From the NCBI GenBank assembly GCA_965218795.1, contig OZ244653.1:3840001-3904000 (forward strand): a stretch of 64,000 bases of DNA, written 5' to 3'. The DNA is from a bacterium. Its GTDB lineage: Bacteria; UBA8248; JACPRG01; G963555815. The notes beneath the pieces are model-generated. The model ran no database searches. It was given only the letters and a program-made list of their open reading frames with translations, and had not been told where the DNA came from. The position numbers and the translations under genes were made by a program. Position 1 is the first letter of the stretch. Every line of letters starts with the position of its first letter. This document shows, one piece after another, positions 53,177 to 61,581 of this stretch.

Positions 53177-54073
53177 ATGCCTCGATTACGCCCGGTCTCG
53201 GCCTGGGATACCGGCCTCGTCGATGTGGGCGGGGGATGTTTCGCGTATATCCAGTCGGGGGGGTTGAACGTATCCAACGCCGGGCTGATCACGGGCTCGG
53301 ATTCCTGCATGGCCGTGGACGCGCTCTATGTCCGGTCCATGACCCGGGCGTTTCAGCGCGCCATCCGTCGGGTCACCCGAAAACCCCTGCGCCGGATCGT
53401 CTGCTCCCATCACCATGCCGATCACACCCTCGGCCTTGCCTGGTTTCCGCCCGGTTCGGACGTCATCGCTCACAAGCTCATGCGCGCGGAGATGCTGCGC
53501 GCGGGATTGGATCTGGCGCATTACCGGGAGGTGAATCCGGAGTACGCCGCTGAGCTTCGGGGTCTTGAGCAGCGTCTTCCGGATACGACGTTCGAGGGTT
53601 CCATGACGATTGACCTGGGCGGCCGCAGCGTGGAGCTTCTGCATTTCGGACACGCCCACACCCGGAGCGACCTCCTGGTCCACGTACCGGATCAGCGTTT
53701 GCTTTATACCGGCGATGTGTGCTTCAACTTTGTGACGCCCGCCACCTTTGACGCGGACATCGGCAACTGGATACGGGTGGCCAGGCGCATCCTGACGATG
53801 AGGGTGCGGACCATCGTGCCGGGGCACGGTCCGGTGTGCGACAATCGGGCGCTGCGGGAGATGGTCGGCTATTTCGAGCGGGTCCGGCGGGAGGCGCGCA
53901 AGCGATTTCGAGCCGGGATGACCGCGCGGCGCGCCGCCGCGGATATCCGCTTGGGCGCCTATGAAAACTGGCTGAAGCCGGACCGGCTTCTCCAGACCGT
54001 CATGAAGCTCTATCAGGAGTTCCGGGGCCGTCCCGGGCGGGGGTTATCGCTTCGGGCCGCGCGGGGGGGCTAG
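53177..54073 (+). CDS. MBL-fold metallohydrolase (cyclase-like)
   Basis: SHHHADH, AHT.SD, YTGD, VPGHG. Confidence 0.92.
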   Translation: MPRLRPVSAWDTGLVDVGGGCFAYIQSGGLNVSNAGLITGSDSCMAVDALYVRSMTRAFQRAIRRVTRKPLRRIVCSHHHADHTLGLAWFPPGSDVIAHKLMRAEMLRAGLDLAHYREVNPEYAAELRGLEQRLPDTTFEGSMTIDLGGRSVELLHFGHAHTRSDLLVHVPDQRLLYTGDVCFNFVTPATFDADIGNWIRVARRILTMRVRTIVPGHGPVCDNRALREMVGYFERVRREARKRFRAGMTARRAAADIRLGAYENWLKPDRLLQTVMKLYQEFRGRPGRGLSLRAARGG

Positions 54074-54291
54074 CGGGAATGCATGCAGCCGCGGAATAGA
54101 AGGGGCCTTATCCGGTGAGTCGTTCCGCGCAGAGTTGCCGGCGGGCTGCCGCATGGACGCAGGACAGCCGGCTTCCGTCGGAAACCGGCATCAATTCCGG
54201 GACGGCATTGGAGGGGGAGCCGTTTCCCGGCGGCGGCTCCAGCGCGCCCCTGCTTCCCTGAAGCCGGACCCGCTCTCCGCGGTCGCCGCTT

Positions 54292-54382
54292 CTCCTCCCC
54301 CGTCCCCCTCCCCACGGGAGGGGGCTCAAAGGTCCTCTCCCTTTCTTTTCCCTCTCCCTTTGGGAGAGGGTTGGGTGAGGGC
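54292..54382. repeat. REP-like CCCTCTCCC-GGGAGAGGG palindromes at the island boundary
   Basis: CCCCCTCCCCACGGGAGGGGG and CCCTCTCCCTTTGGGAGAGGGTTGGGTGAGGG; a related degenerate copy near 61376-61411. Confidence 0.65.
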
Positions 54383-54437
54383 AACCTGGGCGTCCGCGGC
54401 GTCGATCAGGTGATCGGCTGCGGTTCGAGGAACCGAC

Positions 54438-57400
54438 GTGCCCGGCCAGTTATTCACTCATTATTTTCTCGCCGACGGCATAAAGGACACGGACGAGTGG
54501 CGGGAGTCCGCCGGCCGGCCGGAGGCGTTCGCCGCGTTCAGGGACGGTGTTCTTTCCCGTTACGAGGCCCTCCGCGGGTTTCGCGACCCCAACGAAGCCG
54601 TTACCGAGCAGGAGCTGATCCGTCCGGTTCTGGAGCTCCTTGGATGGGCCGACTACCTGCCCCAGCAGGGCGCGGCGCGGAACGAGGACATCCCCGATCA
54701 CCTCCTGTTCCCCGACGCCGGCTCCAAGGAACGCGCCGCCGCGAAACGGAACGCCAGCGATCGCTATCCGGATGCATCGGTGGTCGAGGAGAGCAAGCGG
54801 TTCGGTCTGCCTTTGGACTCCCGCGACAAGAAGGACGAGGCTCCGGCCGGTACGCCCCACGGCCAGATCCTCAGGTATCTGGGGACGGCCGAGACCGTTT
54901 CGGACGGGCGGATTCGATGGGGGATCCTGACCAACGGCCGCGCGTGGCGTCTCTATGACCACCGCGCCCGGCCCCGCGCCGCCGGCTATTTCGAGGCCGA
55001 CCTGGCGGACATCCTCCAGCCCGGCGGGGAAGACGCCCTGCGCGCGTTCCACCTGCTCTTCCGCCGCGAGTCCTTCGCGCCCCGGCAGGGCGCCGCGGCC
55101 ACCTTCCTGGAAGCCGCGATCGCCGAGGGCCGGCGCTACGAGGAGCAGGTCGCGCAGGACCTTTCGGGCGTGGTCTTCGAGCGCGTCTTCCCGCGCCTCG
55201 TGCAGGCCCTTGCGGACGCAACGGAGGAAAGCCTGCCGAAAATCCGGGAAGCCGCCCTGATTTTCCTGTATCGACTGCTCTTCGCGCTCTACGCCGAGGA
55301 CCGGGGCCTGCTGCCCGTCAACGATTCGCGTTACGACGACTACGGCCTGCGGAAGCGGGTGCGGGACGACGTTGCCCGCAGGATGGCGGATCAGGACGTC
55401 TTTTCGACTCACGCCTCCAGCTACTACGACCACCTGATGACGCTCTTCAGGCTCATCGACAAGGGCGACGATTCCATCGGCCTGCCGCCCTACAACGGCG
55501 GCCTGTTCGCGCCCGAAACCGCTGCGCTGCTGGAGAAGGTCCGCCTGGCCGACGCGGAGATCGCCCCAATCGTCTACGACCTGAGCCACAGCAGGGGCCC
55601 GCGCGGGGAGCGCCGCTTCGTCAACTACCGCGACATGTCCGTCCAGCAGCTCGGCTCGATCTACGAGCGCCTCCTGGAGCGCGAGCCGGTCCGCCATGAC
55701 GACGGCGCAATCACCATCCGTCCCAATTCCTCCGCCCGCAGGGACAGCGGCAGCTTCTACACCTCCCAGGAGCTGGTCGACCTCATCGTCGAGCGGACCC
55801 TCAAGCCCTTGGCGGAGGAGCGTCTCGCGGCGTTCGAAGCCGGGGCCGCCGCGCTCAAGAGCGACCGCCGGCCAAAGGCCGAGCGAAAAGCCGAGCTTCT
55901 CGAGCTGGACCCGGCCGAGGCGGTCTTGAACCTGAAGGTCCTGGACCCGGCCATGGGAAGCGGCCACTTCCTGGTCACGGCCGTGGACTTCCTGTCCGAC
56001 TACGTCGCCGATCTGATCGAGTACGTCCCCGCGGTCCCGGATTGGCTCGACGGCGGCTACGCTTCGCCGCTGGTGGAGCGCGCGGCCTCCATTCGCAGAG
56101 ACATCCTCCGGCGGGCCGAGGCGTCGGGCTGGGCGGTGGACGAAGCCCAGCTGACCGACCAGGCCGTCATCCGCCGGATGGTGCTCAAGCGGTGCATCTA
56201 CGGGGTGGACAAGAACCCGCTGACCGTCGAGCTGGCCAAGGTGTCGCTGTGGCTCCACAGCTTCACCGTGGGCGCGCCGCTCTCGTTCCTGGACCATCAC
56301 CTGCGCTGCGGCGACGCTCTGGTCGGCCTCCGGGTGCCGGAGGCGTTGGGCGACTTGCGGCGGCTGGCTGAACTGTTTCTCGGCAGCGCCATCGCCGGGG
56401 CGGAGGCCGCGGCCCAGGGCATGCAGCGCATCGAGGAGATGTCCGACGCCGACGTGGCCGAGGTGCGGGAGTCCGCCGCGCTGTTCCGGGGCGTCGAGGA
56501 CACGACCGCGGACCTGCGCGGCCTGCTCGACTTCCTGTGCGGGCTTCGCTGGCTCGCCGCGGGGATGAACCGGAGAGACCGCGCCGCCTTCGAGACCCCC
56601 CTGCTCGATACCATCGACCGGCAGCCCGAGAGCGCGTACAAACTCCTGGTAAAAGGCCCGGACGCCGTCGGTCCCGAACACCTTGGTGAACAGGACGCCT
56701 CCCGGCGGCGGTTCAAAGAGTTGTGGGATGACGCCAAGTCCATTGCCGACCGCGAGGGCTTCCTGCACTGGGAGGCCGCCTTCCCGGGGGTGTGGCGCGG
56801 GTGGCAGAACGTTCGTCCGGAAGGCGGCTTCGACGCCGTGATCGGCAACCCGCCCTGGGACCGGATCAAGCTTCAGGAGGTGGAGTGGTTCGAGACCCGC
56901 GCTCCCGAGCTCGCCCGCGCACCGACCGCGGCCGCGCGGACCGCCGGCATTCAGCGACTGCGAGACCGGGGAGCGCCCCTGGCCGCCGAGTTCGACGCGG
57001 CCAAGGAGCGGGCGGACAAGCTCGGCCAATTGATTCGCGCGTCCGGCCACTATCCCCTGCTGGGGGGAGGCGACATCAACCTGTATTCGCTGTTCGTGGA
57101 GCGGGCCATGGGCCTGATCAGGCCCGACGGCTTCGTGGGCCTGCTCACGCCGTCCGGCATCTACGCCGACCTGACCGCGGCCCGGTTTTTCAAGTCCGTC
57201 TCCACGGGCGGGCGCGTCGCCGGCCTGTTCGATTTCGAGAACAGGCGTCTTGAAACCGGCCTGCCGCCCTTTTTCCCTGACGTGGATTCAAGGTTCAAGT
57301 TCTGCGCCCTCATCTTCGGCGGCGAGAAAAGGACGTTCGACCGGACCCAGTGCGCCTTCTTCCTCCACGATACCGGCGCCATCAATGACCCGGAGCGCTG

Positions 57401-58181
57401 CTTCCCTCTGTCTCCCGCAGACTTCGCCCGCGTGAACCCGAACACCGGCACCGCTCCGATTTTCCGCGCGCGGCGGGACGCGGAGATCACTCGCCGCATC
57501 TATGAGCGGCATCCGGTGCTGGTGGATCGATCCAGCGGCGAGGAGCGCCGGGCTTGGCCGGTGAAGTACGTGCGCATGTTCGATATGACCAACGACTCCC
57601 ACCTGTTCCGTACCGCGGAGCAGCTCGAAGCCGAGGGCTTCTACTCCGTCGAGGGCAACCGCTGGAAGAAGGGCGAAGAGCTGTACCTGCCGTTATATCA
57701 GGGGCGGATGATCTGGCACTTCGATCATCGAGCCAGCTCTGTAAGGGTCAATCCCGATAACGTGCACAATCCATACCTGAGCGAGGCGGTCACAGAGGCG
57801 CAACATGCGGACCCTGATTTCCTTCCCCAAACGCAGTATTGGGTGCCAGCCCAAGATGTGGAGGAGGCTTTGCCCCAAAGTCGCGGGTACGCGTTGGGGT
57901 TTCGCGATATTACCAATCCTACGAACATGAGAACCATGGTCGCCTCAATAGTTCCTTGGGCCGGTTATGGAAACACAGTCCCTCTACTTGTTGGAGCCGA
58001 TGGCATGGCCGCCACCTGTCTCGTTGCGAATCTGAATGCAATGTGTGTGGACTTCGTTGCTAGACAGAAGGCTCAAGGCACACATCTGAACTGGTACATT
58101 GTCGAACAACAAGTTGCATTGACGATCAGAGGTTCGAGAGGGGTTCTCCAAGCCGGAGAGCCGGGTAGTGTCCTAATTTGA
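54438..58181 (+). CDS. Type IIG (Eco57I-like) fused restriction endonuclease/N6-adenine methyltransferase, probably 3'-truncated
   Basis: PD...ESK nuclease, ILTNG..WRLY, YNGGLF, LGSIYE.LL, DPAMGSGHF, IGNPPW; family-like sequence stops at HLNWYIVEQ (~58110). Confidence 0.88.
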   Translation: MPGQLFTHYFLADGIKDTDEWRESAGRPEAFAAFRDGVLSRYEALRGFRDPNEAVTEQELIRPVLELLGWADYLPQQGAARNEDIPDHLLFPDAGSKERAAAKRNASDRYPDASVVEESKRFGLPLDSRDKKDEAPAGTPHGQILRYLGTAETVSDGRIRWGILTNGRAWRLYDHRARPRAAGYFEADLADILQPGGEDALRAFHLLFRRESFAPRQGAAATFLEAAIAEGRRYEEQVAQDLSGVVFERVFPRLVQALADATEESLPKIREAALIFLYRLLFALYAEDRGLLPVNDSRYDDYGLRKRVRDDVARRMADQDVFSTHASSYYDHLMTLFRLIDKGDDSIGLPPYNGGLFAPETAALLEKVRLADAEIAPIVYDLSHSRGPRGERRFVNYRDMSVQQLGSIYERLLEREPVRHDDGAITIRPNSSARRDSGSFYTSQELVDLIVERTLKPLAEERLAAFEAGAAALKSDRRPKAERKAELLELDPAEAVLNLKVLDPAMGSGHFLVTAVDFLSDYVADLIEYVPAVPDWLDGGYASPLVERAASIRRDILRRAEASGWAVDEAQLTDQAVIRRMVLKRCIYGVDKNPLTVELAKVSLWLHSFTVGAPLSFLDHHLRCGDALVGLRVPEALGDLRRLAELFLGSAIAGAEAAAQGMQRIEEMSDADVAEVRESAALFRGVEDTTADLRGLLDFLCGLRWLAAGMNRRDRAAFETPLLDTIDRQPESAYKLLVKGPDAVGPEHLGEQDASRRRFKELWDDAKSIADREGFLHWEAAFPGVWRGWQNVRPEGGFDAVIGNPPWDRIKLQEVEWFETRAPELARAPTAAARTAGIQRLRDRGAPLAAEFDAAKERADKLGQLIRASGHYPLLGGGDINLYSLFVERAMGLIRPDGFVGLLTPSGIYADLTAARFFKSVSTGGRVAGLFDFENRRLETGLPPFFPDVDSRFKFCALIFGGEKRTFDRTQCAFFLHDTGAINDPERCFPLSPADFARVNPNTGTAPIFRARRDAEITRRIYERHPVLVDRSSGEERRAWPVKYVRMFDMTNDSHLFRTAEQLEAEGFYSVEGNRWKKGEELYLPLYQGRMIWHFDHRASSVRVNPDNVHNPYLSEAVTEAQHADPDFLPQTQYWVPAQDVEEALPQSRGYALGFRDITNPTNMRTMVASIVPWAGYGNTVPLLVGADGMAATCLVANLNAMCVDFVARQKAQGTHLNWYIVEQQVALTIRGSRGVLQAGEPGSVLI

Positions 58182-58387
58182 AAGAACCAGCCCAGGTTGG
58201 ACCTTACGTTGGATGGGTAATACATTCACCTTTCGGACTCCCTTGATTTCCCGATTGCAAGGATAGTACCGAAGGGTGTAACTTATGACTTAGTGGGACT
58301 ATCGTTTCGGTTCCTCGAATCGGGCGGTGAACTTGGGAACCCTGAGACTTGGCTGAGTGGAAGGGTTTCCATCTTTAAGATTTCGGG

Positions 58388-58458
58388 TGGTGGAGGTGGG
58401 GGGAATCGAACCCCCGGGGCGAGCCTTCCAAACTGCGACCCCGCAACCTGCCACCCCC
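58388..58458 (-). ncRNA. 71-nt tRNA-like RNA (tmRNA/Ala-type acceptor, T-arm, encoded CCA)
   Basis: GGGGGTG/CACCTCC acceptor with G3-U70, discriminator A, CCA; T-arm GGGGG-TTCGATT-CCCCC; no canonical D or anticodon arm; no tag ORF. Confidence 0.75.
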
Positions 58459-58464
58459 CTTTAT

Positions 58465-58501
58465 GGACCCCGGAGGCGTTCCCGCTTCCGGGGTTCTTTT
58501 T
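58465..58501 (+). terminator. Rho-independent terminator (also the leader hairpin of the minus-strand RNA)
   Basis: 14-bp stem GGACCCCGGAGGCG-TTCC-CGCTTCCGGGGTTC followed by T5. Confidence 0.75.
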
Positions 58502-58530
58502 AATTTACGGCCCCGGGAACATCCTGTCAA
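58502..58530 (-). promoter_or_regulatory. sigma70 promoter for the tRNA-like RNA
   Basis: TTGACA-17 nt-TAAATT on the minus strand. Confidence 0.7.
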
Positions 58531-58572
58531 TATTTATCTCGTAATTTATCTCGGATAAAACTGAATTATGTC

Positions 58573-58601
58573 TTGATTATATCAACACTCCGGTATATAT
58601 T
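58573..58601 (+). promoter_or_regulatory. sigma70 promoter for the cassette ORFs
   Basis: TTGATT-17 nt-TATATT; -35 lies inside the palindrome TTGAT-TAT-ATCAA. Confidence 0.6.
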
Positions 58602-58644
58602 TATTGGAGCTACAGCAGGAATCCAGGCAACAAAAGAGGAGAAC

Positions 58645-59445
58645 ATGACAATGACCGATGAAACCTCAATAGATAACGCCAAAGCAGAGACCACCAAGGG
58701 AAAGCGGGACAGGAGCCCTTCCTATCCGTTTATCTCGCTCAAGGAAGCCCTTGAGAAGGCAAAGAAATTTGCAGGCCAATATAAACGTCATCAAGCCAGA
58801 GTTTCAAATGCTGTGCGCGTTTGGGGCTATTCACCCAAGAGTAGTGGAGGGATTCAAACGATAGCGGCTCTGAAAGCTTTTGGCCTTCTAAAAGTCCAAG
58901 GCAGTGGGGATGACCGCAAGGTTGAACTAACGGCACTTGCATGGCGGATTCTTGAGGCAAATCAGGAATCCACACGGAGAGAGGCAATTTCGGAATCGGC
59001 TCTAAAACCCTCAGTTATCTCAGAATATCGAGGAAAGTGGGGGGCGGAACGACCGCCGGATGCCGAATGCCTAGACCACCTGATTTTTGAGAGGGATTTC
59101 AACAAAGACTCAGCAAGGCGTTTCCTGAAGATATATGATGACACCATTTCCTACGGAAATTTGACTGAATCTGATATATATACACTGGGTGAAGATCAAA
59201 ATAATGGTGGTGAATCTGGTACAGACGATAAACCGCAAACCGTGAAAGAGAGACAGTGGCGAAAGGAATTTGTATGGCCCCTTTCAGATGGAACAACTGC
59301 TGAATTGGTAATTGACGGTGTCCGTCCGGGAATGGATGAGATCGAGATTCTGAAAGCGAACTTTGATGTTGCCAAGAAGGTTCTGGAAAAAATCGCCAAG
59401 CACCCACCAGAAGGTGGGTCGGACGCCGAGGCTCCCCAAGAATGA
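58645..59445 (+). CDS. Hypothetical protein, probable winged-helix N-terminal domain
   Basis: GAGGAG RBS; RSPSYP.ISL.EA...WGY...SSG..TIAALKAFGLL..G...V.LT pattern is wHTH-like; low GC. Confidence 0.75.
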   Translation: MTMTDETSIDNAKAETTKGKRDRSPSYPFISLKEALEKAKKFAGQYKRHQARVSNAVRVWGYSPKSSGGIQTIAALKAFGLLKVQGSGDDRKVELTALAWRILEANQESTRREAISESALKPSVISEYRGKWGAERPPDAECLDHLIFERDFNKDSARRFLKIYDDTISYGNLTESDIYTLGEDQNNGGESGTDDKPQTVKERQWRKEFVWPLSDGTTAELVIDGVRPGMDEIEILKANFDVAKKVLEKIAKHPPEGGSDAEAPQE

Positions 59446-59768
59446 CCGCCGATGTTCTTGTCCGGATGGCCCACGCCCGTCTTATGGGTTTAAAGGAAAG
59501 CCTTGATCAAAGAAAGGCTGCCAATCCCACGACGCTCGCAACCAAGGAATTTATTGATGACTACCATGACATCCTTAAGGATCTTGAAAGTCTCGAAAGT
59601 CCCAAAGTTGAATTGAAAAGATTCAGAATTCCCGACTCTGCGACTCAATCCTATGAGGATTCCATGTGGTGTGACATCGATTTTATGACTTCCAAACTTG
59701 GCGGTTTACTTAACCTATTCACGGTATCCCAGGATAAAACCAAGATCGGTTTCCTCGACCGAGCCTAA
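59442..59768 (+). CDS. Hypothetical protein (108 aa)
   Basis: ATGA overlap with the upstream ORF; stop 12 bp before the right TIR; protein-like composition. Confidence 0.7.
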   Translation: MTADVLVRMAHARLMGLKESLDQRKAANPTTLATKEFIDDYHDILKDLESLESPKVELKRFRIPDSATQSYEDSMWCDIDFMTSKLGGLLNLFTVSQDKTKIGFLDRA

Positions 59769-60134
59769 TCGCATAGAAACCGAATTAGAACACTACCGAG
59801 CGCCTTGGATTCGCTCGTCCCCATCGGAACAAAGCAGGCCGCGGACTCGCGATCCTGGCGGGTCCCGACGAGGGCGGGAAGTCCGCCCCCGGCGAATCGC
59901 CGCGCGCGTTCTCAGAACCCGCGGGGCGATTCGAGCGTCAACGAGCGTGAGAGAAACCCCAGGGATTTGTCGATTACCCTGCAAAACAACATGCCAAACA
60001 GTCACCGGATCAACCTTTCACCTTTTCCTTGTCGGATATATAATGAATTGAACATCAATGGGATATGAGCGTTTTTCCATGTCGGATTCTTTGTCAGATA
60101 GATCGTCATGTAATTCGCCGAACAGGGAGCGGAA

Positions 60135-61328
60135 ATGGACTGGAAACGATTCGATTTTGCATACCGTCTGGACAGGTCGGACCACGGGGACGCCTTGCTC
60201 TCCATCGAAACCTCCAAAGGAGTGGCTTTGAATCTGGTCCTTCCTCCCGACTGGAAGGAAAGCCTGGATAAACTCAACCGGATCCGCGCCGTTCATGGCA
60301 CCACGGCCCTGGAAGGAAATCCCCTCTCCGAGGCCGAAGTGTCGCAACAAATGGACATTCAAGAGCAATCCGCAGAACCTTCATATGCCGCTAGGCCCAG
60401 CAGAGAGCAGATTCAGATCAGGAACGCCGGGGCCGCGCAGGCATGGGTCCAAAAACGATTCAAGCCCGGAAGCGACCCCTTCGCGCTTTCCGATATTTTG
60501 CGCATGCACCGAATGATTACGGAGGACGCGGACATAACCGACAATACACCCGGAAAGCCGAGGGCCTTCGGGGTTCAGGTAGGAAGCCCGGAACTGGGGG
60601 GCGTTCACAGAGGCGCGCCGCATGAGCGGTTGCCCGAGCTCATGGGAAAATACATCGAATTTCTGCGATCGGGGAAAATGGCTTCCGAACACCCCGTAAT
60701 CCGGGCATTATTGGCTCATTTTTTCCTGGTGACCATTCACCCGTTCGGCGATGGGAATGGAAGAACGTCCCGGTTGGTGGAAGCCGGAATACTGTTTCAG
60801 GGAGGGTACAACATACACGGGTTTTATGGGTTGTCCAATTATTTCTACCGCCATGACCTCCAATACAAGACCTTGCTTCAGAAATGCCGGGGAAAACAGC
60901 CTTTTGACGTTACGCCGTTCATTGATTTCGGGTTACAGGGATTCGTGGAAGAATTAAAGGGGATCAACAACTTCATCAAGACAAAGCTGAACCGGGTCGT
61001 CTATCGGTCGATGCTGGTCCGCGCTCGCAACCAGAAGGTAGGAGAGCGCCGCCGCCTCGTCAATGAAAGGGAATATAATCTGCTTGATTTTTTGATCTCG
61101 GAAACAGAGCCGCTCGATCCGTTTTCCGAACAGCCCTCAAGGAAAATCACCCTCTCCGAACTGCTGGAAGCGTCATATATCCGGGAGGCCTATAAAAATG
61201 TCACCACGAGAACGTTCGTAAGAGAGTTGTTAAGGCTCTCGGAGTTCGGTTTCATCAAATTTTCAGCGGACGCGGGAACGGAAGATCTGGTTATCGAAAT
61301 GGACTTTGACGCCATAGGCAAATACTGA
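60135..61328 (+). CDS. Fic family protein
   Basis: Canonical HPFGDGNGRTSR; TTALEGN; probable C-terminal wHTH. Confidence 0.93.
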   Translation: MDWKRFDFAYRLDRSDHGDALLSIETSKGVALNLVLPPDWKESLDKLNRIRAVHGTTALEGNPLSEAEVSQQMDIQEQSAEPSYAARPSREQIQIRNAGAAQAWVQKRFKPGSDPFALSDILRMHRMITEDADITDNTPGKPRAFGVQVGSPELGGVHRGAPHERLPELMGKYIEFLRSGKMASEHPVIRALLAHFFLVTIHPFGDGNGRTSRLVEAGILFQGGYNIHGFYGLSNYFYRHDLQYKTLLQKCRGKQPFDVTPFIDFGLQGFVEELKGINNFIKTKLNRVVYRSMLVRARNQKVGERRRLVNEREYNLLDFLISETEPLDPFSEQPSRKITLSELLEASYIREAYKNVTTRTFVRELLRLSEFGFIKFSADAGTEDLVIEMDFDAIGKY

Positions 61329-61581
61329 TTCGACCGCGCTCCGTCTGCCTGCTGCGCAATCCTGCGCCATTATCCCCCCTCTCCCGCGGCCCCTGACGCG
61401 GGGAGAAAGGGTTTGCCCCGCCCGCGCGACGCGGGGTTTTCGCAGAATCCGTTCTCTTGCGCTCAGTGCGTCCACCGCCTTTTCCGCCATGAGGAAGAGG
61501 CGCTTCCCGCCGCTTTGTGAATTGAGTCGGTTTTGACAGAACGGAGAGAATCCTATACAAAATAAGGCTTTGGAGGTTCCC

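Larger units (their letters stand above)
58164..59797. mobile_element. Non-autonomous TIR-bounded cassette (MIC-like, no transposase)
   Basis: TIRs GGTAGTGTCCTAATTTG (58164-58180) and CGAATTAGAACACTACC (59781-59797), 15/17 match; flanks GAGAGCCG/GAGCGCCT match 6/8; visibly lower GC. Confidence 0.7.

Noticed and set aside
54450-57050. 866-aa minus-strand ORF
   Set aside because: Antisense shadow of the R-M gene
58388-58458. Canonical tRNA-Pro(UGG) or tRNA-Ala gene
   Set aside because: The loop contains TTTGGAA but flanking bases do not form an anticodon stem; no proper D-arm or variable loop
58293-58544. 83-aa ORF with GGGGGGNRTP
   Set aside because: Translation of the reverse complement of the tRNA-like RNA and terminator
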